IMG/VR virus record: IMGVR_UViG_3300037422_000307
Span: 52,786-72,785 of that record
Length of the DNA stretch: 20,000 nucleotides
Source of the DNA: an uncultured virus (IMG/VR IMGVR_UViG_3300037422_000307)
Lineage: Duplodnaviria > Heunggongvirae > Uroviricota > Caudoviricetes
Reading direction: 5' to 3' (one strand)
Below, in pieces: positions 8,071 through 16,800 of the stretch. The notes under the pieces were generated by a model that made no database searches, was not told the origin of the DNA, and saw nothing but the letters and a program-made list of their open reading frames with translations. The first letter of the stretch is position 1. Each line of letters begins with the position of its first letter. The translations under genes and the position numbers were made by a program.

Positions 8071-8741
8071 GGTTGGAGGCGCAGATTCTGTGCTCGCATC
8101 CCTGCGAGATTCCAGATCTCGGACTACGGCTTCTCCGTGGGGAGGAGCGGTGGTTGTGCTGGCAGGTAGCTGCGGGGTCTTCTGACCTCCGCAAGGAGCT
8201 GGCGAAGGGAAACGTGCGCGTCTACAGGAAAGCGAGGAGGGACAAGGCACCAAAGCTGCCACAGCCGCCGTTCGTGGCTCTCCAGCGCCCGCTACCACGA
8301 CCACAATCCAAGGCCGAACCCGCGGTCGAGGAGCGTGTCGTAGAGCCGTCGCTTGATATCGATGCTCTCGCGATGAAAATCAAGACCGAGCTGATCGGTG
8401 ACCTGCGGCCTGCCATATCCGAGGAGGTGGGTCGGGCCGTGGCGGAGGTCCAGGCGTCGCAGGCGTCGCAAGGCGCGCCACTCGACGCAGGCCAGCTGGA
8501 GACCGTGTTGGAATCTGTGCTCCGTCGCGTGCTTCCCTCGGGTTCAGTGCCTTCAGCGCCCTCAGTATCTGCCCCAGCCGTGTCCAGAGCTGCGGCTCCC
8601 GAAGACCCCCTCTACATGCCGACGCGTCTTGTGGATCCCGAGACCCGCGCCAAGATCACGGTCCAGAAGCAGGAGACCGAGAACGCGGAGGTAGACGAGG
8701 CGGCCGAGGCCCTCCGGGCTCACAGGAAACGACGCGGGTAG
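8067..8741 (+). CDS. Hypothetical protein with Pro/Ala-rich linkers
   Basis: ATGA overlap with the upstream stop. 224 aa, with a small N-terminal domain, helical middle and low-complexity linkers. Confidence 0.65.
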   Translation: MRLEAQILCSHPCEIPDLGLRLLRGEERWLCWQVAAGSSDLRKELAKGNVRVYRKARRDKAPKLPQPPFVALQRPLPRPQSKAEPAVEERVVEPSLDIDALAMKIKTELIGDLRPAISEEVGRAVAEVQASQASQGAPLDAGQLETVLESVLRRVLPSGSVPSAPSVSAPAVSRAAAPEDPLYMPTRLVDPETRAKITVQKQETENAEVDEAAEALRAHRKRRG

Positions 8742-8795
8742 GATGGGGGTGTCCCCGCGCTCGTCGCGGCGGTCGAACATGCACAAGGAATCGAC

Positions 8796-10880
8796 ATGGC
8801 AGAATATGAAGGATTGATTCCCGGCGTCGGCCTCGACCTGGGCACCATGAATGTCGTGTCGGCACGTCGCACTAGCGAGGGTGTCGTCACCACCAGGATG
8901 CGCGACGCCTTCATTGACTTCCCTCGCGAGCACCGGAAGATGCTCCGCCTCTCCAACGTCAACTACGTGGAGAGGGGGGACCGGCTTGTAATTGTGGGGG
9001 ACGCGGCCTACAACATGGCCAACATGTTCGGGACGGAGGTCCGGCGTCCGCTCCAGTCGGGCCTCGTGTCGGCGGGAGAGATCGATGCTCTCGAGATCCT
9101 CGGCGTCATCATTCGCCACGTCCTGGGTGATCCTGTCGAGGAGCGCGAGGTCTGCTGCTTCAGCGTGCCTGCTGCGCCGGTGGACGATCCCTCGCGCGAC
9201 GTCGTCTACCACAGAGGAGTTCTCCAGAGGATCATCGAGGAGTGCGGCTACCGTGCAGTCCCCGGCAATGAGGCCATGGCCATCGTCTACTCCGAGTGCG
9301 CCAAAGAAGGGTTCAGCGGGCTGGCGTTGAGCTACGGCGCTGGGATGACGAACATCGCGCTGGCGATCAACACGGTCGAGGGGTTTACCGCGAGCGTCGG
9401 TCGCTGCCTCGCCGGAGACTTCCCCGTCGTGACGAAACATGGTCTCGCTACCATGGAGAATCTCCGCGAAGGGGATGAGGTACTCGATGCGCACGGAAAC
9501 TTCGTGGCCGTCACCGAGAAACTGGAGAATGGCCACAGGGACTCTCTCGTTGAGGTTGTCCTGGAGAATTTGCCCGGGTTTCCACATCGGCTGACCCACG
9601 ATCACCGCGTCTTCGTGCGTCGCAGGTTCGGCTGGGAGTGGGTCGAGGCCGGTTCCCTCCGCGAGGGCGACGACGTGGGGGTTCCCACAATCTTGTCGGC
9701 CCGGGACAGCGGCAGCGGCTACTCATTCGGGAACCAGATCTGCGTGGCGGGAGCCAGGTCCCTCGGACGTTTGTTCGGCATGTTCCTCGGGGACGGATCG
9801 TGCGGTCCTCACGCAGAGGACCCTTCACATGTCCAGATCGCAGTTAATTGCAGAGACCAACATCTGGTCGAGGCGTATGCGGACATCTGCTTTCGCCTGT
9901 TCCATCGCGAAGTGGAGATCGTCGATGATCCGGCCGAGAATCTCACTCGCATCAAGCTCCACATCACCCCGGTGGCACGGCACTTCAAGGAGCGGTTCTA
10001 CGACGAGCACGGCGTGAAGACGTGCCCCCTCGACCCATCCAAAATCGGCAATCAGATGGCCCTCGGGATCGTTCAGGGTCTCCTCGACAGCGACTCTCAC
10101 GAGGAGGCCAAGCGCCACACGATCACGAACACGTCGCTCCCCGTTGTGATGCTGGCGCATCATCTTTTGAACCGTTTTGGAGTCGGACACTCTATCGTCA
10201 AGAGGGAGCCACGCGTTGGAGGACTCAACTCGCGCGGTGTCAGGATCGAGGGCAGAAAACCGTGCTATGAGATCAAGATCTGCGGCCATGTGGCGAAAAA
10301 CCTCCTCGACACGATGATCGCGTGCGAGGGGACTCAGGTGTTCGACGACTTTCCCGACTTTGTCACGTACCGCGTTCGCTCGGTCAACGTCGTCGAGTAC
10401 GGGAGCAAAGTCTACGACATCCGCGTGGCATCGTCGCACCACTCGTTCTCGTCGCCCGGGATGATCGTTCACAACTGCGGAGATTGGATCGATGCCGGGG
10501 CCGCGAGGAGCGTCGGCTCTACGCAGGCCCGCATGTGCGCAATCAAGGAGAAGGGACTCGACCTCCTGCGTCCGTCGGACCGCGAACAGGAGGCGCTTGT
10601 CGTCTACTACAAGAACCTCATCGAGTACACGCTCGACACGATCGCGATCGAGTTTGAGAAGATCCGCAGCAGGTTCGCGCTCCCGCAGGCCATCCCAATC
10701 GTCGTCTCGGGCGGGACAAGCAAGGCCGCGGGCTTCCTGGAGTTCTTCAAGAAGGTGTTCGAGGAGAAGCGGAAGCGCTACCCGATCGAGGTCAGCGAAA
10801 TCCGTGCGGCCCGCGACCCGCTGGAGGCCGTGGCACGAGGACTTCTCGTCCAGGCGCTCCAAGAGTACGACGAGGAATAG
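8796..10880 (+). CDS. Actin-fold (MreB/MamK-like) ATPase precursor containing an intein; 337 aa after splicing
   Basis: AAGGA RBS. Phosphate-1 'GLDLGTMN', connect-1 'GNEAMA', phosphate-2 'LSYGAGMTN', adenosine 'IVVSGGTSKAAGF', connect-2 'PLEAVARG'. Confidence 0.8.
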   Translation: MAEYEGLIPGVGLDLGTMNVVSARRTSEGVVTTRMRDAFIDFPREHRKMLRLSNVNYVERGDRLVIVGDAAYNMANMFGTEVRRPLQSGLVSAGEIDALEILGVIIRHVLGDPVEEREVCCFSVPAAPVDDPSRDVVYHRGVLQRIIEECGYRAVPGNEAMAIVYSECAKEGFSGLALSYGAGMTNIALAINTVEGFTASVGRCLAGDFPVVTKHGLATMENLREGDEVLDAHGNFVAVTEKLENGHRDSLVEVVLENLPGFPHRLTHDHRVFVRRRFGWEWVEAGSLREGDDVGVPTILSARDSGSGYSFGNQICVAGARSLGRLFGMFLGDGSCGPHAEDPSHVQIAVNCRDQHLVEAYADICFRLFHREVEIVDDPAENLTRIKLHITPVARHFKERFYDEHGVKTCPLDPSKIGNQMALGIVQGLLDSDSHEEAKRHTITNTSLPVVMLAHHLLNRFGVGHSIVKREPRVGGLNSRGVRIEGRKPCYEIKICGHVAKNLLDTMIACEGTQVFDDFPDFVTYRVRSVNVVEYGSKVYDIRVASSHHSFSSPGMIVHNCGDWIDAGAARSVGSTQARMCAIKEKGLDLLRPSDREQEALVVYYKNLIEYTLDTIAIEFEKIRSRFALPQAIPIVVSGGTSKAAGFLEFFKKVFEEKRKRYPIEVSEIRAARDPLEAVARGLLVQALQEYDEE
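9405..10475 (+). mobile_element. Intein (357 aa) with LAGLIDADG homing endonuclease
   Basis: Starts at Cys204 'CLAGDFPVVT' (block A). Block B 'LTHDHRVFV', LAGLIDADG helices 'LFGMFLGDGS' and 'IVQGLLDSDS', block F 'VYDIRV', ends 'IVHN' followed by +1 Cys. Removing it rejoins 'SVGR-CGDWID'. Confidence 0.9.
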
Positions 10881-10956
10881 CTTAGTTCTCTAGTCCTCCT
10901 ATGGGCCAGGAGATTTTGCGCTGTGACCGACCAAGCCCAGGCAGAGGAGTAGATCC

Positions 10957-12216
10957 ATGTACTACTTCCTCACGGAACAAATCAACCGGAAATTCATCGA
11001 GGAAATCCGCAAGTATTGGTCGTATCACCCGAAGTACAAGGACATTGTCCATCACATCCAGGGCAAGTACAGCTTTCGCGAGCGCCCGCAGTTCGGCATC
11101 GTGCTCAAGAACAGTGCCGGCAACCAGGTCCAGCTTGCCGCGGATAACTTCCAAGGGACGGTGCAGAGCTACGTCTACCTCGCCCATGTGGAGGGTAAGC
11201 CGAATTTGTCAGTAGAGTGGGTGCGCGAGGACTTCATCGCCATCCAGAACAACGGCGGCGAGTTCCCTTCGCCTCCCGGCATCTACTACTTGGACTTCTG
11301 CGATGCGAACGGTGAGCCAACCGACCAAGCGTTTTATGTCGACCCGCTGCTCGACGTGATCGATGAGACGGTTCTCAAGATCAACGCCACGCAGTACCAG
11401 CTCCAGCAAGGGAAGTTCCTGGCTGGCACGCTCCGTCTCTATCGGATGCCGGGGAATCTCCTGCTCTATGAGGGCACGAATTACACGGCGGTTCCGAATA
11501 CGGGCGAGATCGATCTCGTCGACGACCTAGAAGCTGACGAGTTCTTGTCGGCCGACTACCGTTGTCCAGGCGAGACGACGGGTCCCTGGAAGGTCGTCGA
11601 GGATCGTGCGCTCCGGGACCCGATTCCTGGAACCGTCCTCGCATTCGGAAGACGGGTCACCGCGGGGGACCGTCTAGCTGTCGTGGTCCAGGAGAAGCGC
11701 ACCGTATCAGCACTCGAGTTCGGAGGTCGATGGGATCTCACGCTTGACGTCGACGTGATCGCCAGGGATCCCCTATCGCAGCGCGAAATCCTCGACCAGA
11801 CCGCGCTCTACCTGTGGACGACTGCTCGACCGCGCCTTTCCAGCCAGGGAATCGAGATCGCATCCGTCAACATGGGAGGCGAGACGGAAGAACAGTACGA
11901 CGAGGTCGCCGACGACTGGTTCTACAACGCGAGCTTCAGTCTGCAGCTCCAGACAGACTGGAGCATCCACGTCCCACTCGGCATCACGATTCGAGGCGTC
12001 GAGCCGGGTGGTGGCGAGCCCATCCCACAAGGGCAGGCTCCTCTCATCTCTCCGTTCATCGAGCAGATCGCGGGGCTCTCAGACGAGGAAATCGCGAAGA
12101 TTCAGACGAACTTCCGCGTACTGGCATCCCTTGGGCTCCGAGCACCGTGGGACCCATTCTTCGTCGGCAAGCGCGGGCGCTTAGGGGTCTACGGAACAGG
12201 CGAGATGCTACGGTAA
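10957..12216 (+). CDS. Putative tail terminator / tail-completion structural protein
   Basis: GAGGAG RBS. C-terminal 'WDLTLDVDVIARDPLSQREILD...FYNASFSLQLQTDW' has the tail-terminator pattern, with an inserted beta-sandwich 'LLYEGTNYTAVPNTGEIDL'. Located upstream of the sheath. Confidence 0.55.
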   Translation: MYYFLTEQINRKFIEEIRKYWSYHPKYKDIVHHIQGKYSFRERPQFGIVLKNSAGNQVQLAADNFQGTVQSYVYLAHVEGKPNLSVEWVREDFIAIQNNGGEFPSPPGIYYLDFCDANGEPTDQAFYVDPLLDVIDETVLKINATQYQLQQGKFLAGTLRLYRMPGNLLLYEGTNYTAVPNTGEIDLVDDLEADEFLSADYRCPGETTGPWKVVEDRALRDPIPGTVLAFGRRVTAGDRLAVVVQEKRTVSALEFGGRWDLTLDVDVIARDPLSQREILDQTALYLWTTARPRLSSQGIEIASVNMGGETEEQYDEVADDWFYNASFSLQLQTDWSIHVPLGITIRGVEPGGGEPIPQGQAPLISPFIEQIAGLSDEEIAKIQTNFRVLASLGLRAPWDPFFVGKRGRLGVYGTGEMLR

Positions 12217-12311
12217 GAGCCCGGAAGCTGCCGGTCCAACGAAGTCCGCGTTTCGGGCCCGGTTTCCGATACTTGAGCTATAGGGCGGGCCAAGTAGACG
12301 GAACCCCCGCC

Positions 12312-12776
12312 TTGCCGATCTTCGATTACCAGTGCCCGAGTTGCGGTCTGCGCTTCGGGACAATGCAGCCATCTGGGAAGGTCAAGGACACCCTCTCCTG
12401 CAAGCGATGCGGCGATCCGGCCGAGAGGCGGCTCTCGACCCCGGGTTTCAAGTTCGCTCACGTGCCTGATGCTCCTGCTCCACAGAACACCGGGGCGAGT
12501 TCGGTGGATCACGATGTCGATGTCGTCATCGGGCGTAGCGCGGAAGCCAATCTGCGGGAGTTCCAACGTCGCCAGGACTACAAGCGCCGCGTGATCGCCG
12601 CGGAAGGGACGACAGGGGAGCACCTCAGCCGGCTCGACGGCGGTGAATACTTCGTCATGACCCCGGATGAGCGCCGGGCCGCCAAGAGGGCCCGCATCGT
12701 CAACCAGGAGGTCATGCACCGATACAAGGTTTGGAGGGAGCGCCGTGGCGCTTCCTCCGAGGAGGCTGCTCGCTGA
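12312..12776 (+). CDS. FmdB-family zinc-ribbon protein (154 aa, TTG start)
   Basis: '(M)PIFDYQCPSCG..F...LSCKRCG.PAERRLS' is the canonical MPxYxYxCxxCG...CxxCG...RxxS motif. The true start is TTG 12312 inside the 11814..12776 ORF. Confidence 0.8.
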   Translation: MPIFDYQCPSCGLRFGTMQPSGKVKDTLSCKRCGDPAERRLSTPGFKFAHVPDAPAPQNTGASSVDHDVDVVIGRSAEANLREFQRRQDYKRRVIAAEGTTGEHLSRLDGGEYFVMTPDERRAAKRARIVNQEVMHRYKVWRERRGASSEEAAR

Positions 12777-12781
12777 GGCGA

Positions 12782-13040
12782 CAGTCGCACACCCGGCCTC
12801 CCCACTCGGAGGACCCAGACGTGACCAGACGGACAGACGAGATGTGAACCAACCTGCCTAGCAGGCCCGCAGAATGCTTCCTCCCCGCGAGGGGACGGCT
12901 AGACGTGAACCGACAGACTGACGGAGACGGGCACGGAGACGTGAACCAAGGCGCTCCACGAGCGCGATCCGCGACTGCACCCAGGGCCTAACACGCTCTC
13001 AGGAGACGTGCGCCCGACAGACGGGAGAGATCCCGAGCGA
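12782..13040 (+). repeat. Intergenic region with 5 copies of AGAYGTG(AACC) and several hairpins; candidate structured RNA/leader
   Basis: Motif copies at 12817, 12840, 12901, 12937, 13004. Hairpins at 12797-12812, 12853-12865, 12882-12895 (GCGA loop), 12951-12965, 13022-13035 (GAGA loop). Confidence 0.6.
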
Positions 13041-13053
13041 ATAGCCGACCTCG

Positions 13054-13884
13054 ATGCTCCAGACCAACGAACTCGTCACGGTGACCCCGTGGCCAGATGC
13101 GACGCACTCCTCGTCCGAGTCGAGCGCGAGCGGGGGGGCGCGTCCCGCGGATGACGCGACGTACGTGGTGTACAAGGCCACGTCGCCGAGCGGGAAGGTT
13201 TACGTCGGGATCACTGGGCGCACACTCAAAGCTCGCAAAGTGGAACATCACTATCTTGCACGGGTTGGGAAGAATCGTCACTTTGCCGCTGCGCTGCGCA
13301 AGTACAGGTGCGCCATGGTCTGGGAGACGCTTGAGGAGGGCATCCCAACCTTGGAGAAAGCCAATGAGCGTGAGCAGTCCTACATTGCCCTCTACCGGTC
13401 CTCGGATCGGGCCCACGGCTACAATTTGACGGAGGGTGGTGCCGGGGTTGTCGCAAATGCTGACACTCGCGCGAAGATGTCGGCGTCAGCGAAGAAACGT
13501 GGAATGTTGCCGCAACAGCTCTTGAATTTGGAGCGCGGTCGGGGCGAATTCTGGAAGGATCGGCGTCATTCCGTAGAGAGCAAGGAACGGATGGTGGCGG
13601 CTCACACTGGCCGCACCGTTTCGGAAGATACGCGCGCCAAGATGAGTGCCGCCCACAAGGGACGGCTTTTCTCCGAAGAGCACAAGACCCGCATCCGAGA
13701 AAGCAACGCAAACCCCGTTCGCCGATCCGATGGTTGCGTGTTCTCATCGGCCTCCGAAGCAGCCAAAATTCTTGGGTTGTCTTCTGATGCCGTAGCGAAG
13801 TCGATTCGCCGTGGAACTCCGTGTCAAGGATTCCACTTCACAAGGATTTCTGTCGACGACTACGTCGTACTGAAAGGACGCTGA
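13054..13884 (+). CDS. Free-standing GIY-YIG homing endonuclease with NUMOD3 repeats and C-terminal NUMOD1/HTH
   Basis: 'YVVYKATSPSGKVYVGIT...AR...H', 'ANEREQSYI', 'GYNLTEGG'. NUMOD3-like 'HSVESKERM', 'VSEDTRAKMSAAHKG', 'FSEEHKTRIRES'. 'FSSASEAAKILGL' at the C-terminus. Start codon uncertain. Confidence 0.85.
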   Translation: MLQTNELVTVTPWPDATHSSSESSASGGARPADDATYVVYKATSPSGKVYVGITGRTLKARKVEHHYLARVGKNRHFAAALRKYRCAMVWETLEEGIPTLEKANEREQSYIALYRSSDRAHGYNLTEGGAGVVANADTRAKMSASAKKRGMLPQQLLNLERGRGEFWKDRRHSVESKERMVAAHTGRTVSEDTRAKMSAAHKGRLFSEEHKTRIRESNANPVRRSDGCVFSSASEAAKILGLSSDAVAKSIRRGTPCQGFHFTRISVDDYVVLKGR

Positions 13885-13885
13885 C

Positions 13886-16800
13886 ATGCCCGCTGATTTT
13901 CCAGGTACCATTTACAGCCCGCCGGGCGTGTACACCCGCACGCTTTTCGACAGCCCGGTCTCGGGCGTGCTCGCGGGCGTCCGCATCCCAGTGCTGATCG
14001 GGACGGGCAACGAGCTGCTCCAGCAACAGGACCTGGAGGTCATCCGTGGCTCAAGCAGCTCGGTCGACCAGCAGGTCCCCCAGGAGGACGAGACCGGTCG
14101 AGCCGTCGTGGAGATCACGATGACCGGCGAGGTCATCCTCGGAGACTTCAACGGAGAGCGCCGCCGCATCCAGGTCCGTAACTACCCGATCACGGACGGG
14201 TCGGGGGCGGGTCGGACGGCGACCGATCCCAGCTCGATCCTGGTCACCATCAATGGCCGCCCCGACGTGGTGCTGAGCGTGGCTCGCGCCGACATCGGCG
14301 TGATCGAGATCAGCACGGCGCCGGTTTTCGGCGATGACGTGCGGGTCACCTACTTCTTCAAGCGCACTGACACACAGACCACAGACAACCTGTCCAACCA
14401 GGTGTCCACGCAGGGAGCGATTCTCGAGGGGGCCCTCGGCAACGCCTACGAGTTCACCTCCTCCAACAACCAGTTCATCGTGACGGTGGACTTCGATCAG
14501 TCGGCAACCACGCAGCAGGTTGTGACCGCCACGTTCCCCACCGGCAGCGTCACGGCCGCTACGGTGGTCTCCCTGATCAACGGGGCTGCGGCTGGCACGT
14601 CGCTGGTGGCGTCGACCTACACCAATAACTTCGGTCTCACGGCGGTGCGCCTTGTTGCCGACAACGATCTCCTGATCGGGAACGGCACGGCCAACTCGGT
14701 CCTCGGCTTCACGCAGAACCAGAACACGCGTCGGAACCGCACGTTCTTCACCTTCAACGGGCCTATCGTCGACGGTTCAAACGGCGGCATCACCACGACT
14801 GACACGTCGAAGGTGACTGTGCGTGTCAACTCGGTCCAGGTCATTCCGACGGAGGTCGATGGCCAGAACAGAGCCGTGACGCTGCCCTTCGCCCCGGCGG
14901 TCGGCGACACCGTCACGATCCAGTACTTCTTCAACACGTGGCAGGACACGTTCGATTACCTCGCGAACATCAATGTCACTGAGGTCATCCGTTGCGGCAT
15001 CGTGCCGGGCAACAGCGACTTCATTGAGGGAGCCGATTTCGTTCTCAAGGACGACCTGATTGTCTGGGGAGCGGCCTTCCTGGTCTCCCCAGGAATCACC
15101 ACGCCGGGAGCCCCTCCGTTCGGACCGACGCAGATCTCGGGTCTCCTGATCGACAATCGTTGGTTCCTGGCCGAGGCCGAGCCGGTGGTGGACGACACGG
15201 TGATTCCAGCCGTCGAGAACCGCCTCCAGTTCAAGCTGCCGGTGCAGCCGACGACCGGCAACGGCCGCGACACGCCGCTGGGGCAGGATGTGTTCCTGTC
15301 AGTCTCGAACAACCGCATCGACCTCCCGACGAACAACCCGAATCTCGTCAAGGCATACTGGGGATTCGGATCCGAGGACGCACTCAACCGTGGCCCGGTG
15401 GCGGTGACGAAGGTCGAGGGAACCGTCATCACGCTCAAGGATCCCGTGCCCGTCGGCGCGACCGTGTTCGCTACCTTCTGGTACAACATCATGGTCGACG
15501 AGGAGTACACGGTCCAAGTCGAGACCAGCGGACCGTCTGGGATCGGCACGTACTTCCTGTTCGACAAGAACGGCAACCCGATCTACACGCCGAAGTTCGG
15601 GAGCAAGGGTCCCGCGCTCACGGGCGTCACGATCGAGTTCCCGTCGGGCAGTGAACTCACCCCCGACGTGCACTTCGAAGGAGGCACATCCGGCCCCGTC
15701 GAAGAGACGGTCACCGTGCAGTTCGCGGAAAAGGACGCCACCATCGCGAAGTTCACGGTGCCCGGTGCGGGTCCGTACTTCTTCGTCTCTGGGGCCTCGG
15801 ATCGCGCCCGCTTCACCATCGACAGTTCCGCTCTGGCGGGCGGCGCTGCGGGCATCGATCTCTCCGCACCGCATGGGATCGCGGGACTCGGGTTCTACGC
15901 GAGCTTGCTCGGTGAGGAGATTCAGTACACCGACGACTCCGGCAAGACGACCTACGACATCCTGAGCGGCATCAACGACAACGTGTCGTTCACAGTGGAC
16001 GGGGTCGTCATCACGACCATCGTCCCGTCCCAGACGGCCGTGGACGCCGATGCCTACGTCGAGGCGATCAACGCCGAGGCGAAGCTCGTGGCCAACAACC
16101 CATTCCTCGATGGGACGACACGGTTCCTCGGATCGCTCACGATCACCGCGGGACGCTACGACAAGCTCGTCTTCAACTATGCGGGCGTGACCAGCGGGAC
16201 CACGGGGCCTGTCACGGCCACGATCGCTCCCGGAACGTACACGTCGCCGACGACCCTGGCGGCCGCAGTCGACTCAGCGTTGCAGACAGCCATTGGGGCT
16301 CTCCCCGCCGTCTTCTCCGGGATGGACATCACCACCACGGCGAACTCCGACGGACAGCTTCGGTTCACGTTCTCGGGTACTCCGACCGACCTCGGTACGT
16401 TCGCCACCGGCACGGTGACGTCGGCGCTCGCGGTCATCGGGGACACGATCACGATCGACGGCGTGACCCTCACGGGTGATCTCGCCCAAACGACGGGCGA
16501 CCAGAACTTCGACACGGGACAGGCGAGGGCGACCCTCATTCCGATGGGTGTCCAGCCAGGTGACACGTTCACGATTGATGCCGGCGGCGGCCCGATCGTC
16601 ATCACCGCGCTTGGATCACAGACGCCTGGTGGCCTCGACTTCAATGAGGGCACACGCGCCACGGGAACGATCACGGTTTCGGGGCCCATCCCCGGTGACA
16701 CGGTTACCGTTGACGGTCAGGTCTTCACAGGCGTCGAAGGAGTCCCGGCCGCGAATCAGTTTGATGTCGGGACGCGAGCCGATGGAACGGCGACCCTGAC

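Noticed and set aside
6589..8304. 571-aa reverse-strand ORF (and similar ones at 1198-2130, 8562-9605, 9825-10862)
   Set aside because: Antisense shadows of well-supported + strand genes. They are Arg/Pro-rich with no motifs, as expected in high-GC coding DNA.
11814..12311. N-terminal 166 codons of the listed 320-aa ORF
   Set aside because: Overlaps the 10957-12216 gene. The FmdB motif defines the real start at TTG 12312.
12817..13030. Possible CRISPR mini-array
   Set aside because: The repeats are only ~7-14 nt, irregularly spaced (23-67 nt) and degenerate, and no cas genes are present.
12777..13885. Group I intron housing the GIY-YIG ORF
   Set aside because: Both flanking genes appear complete (FmdB-like stop at 12776, sheath start with PGVY at 13886), and I could not identify P7/catalytic core elements. 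Not formally excluded without an Infernal search.
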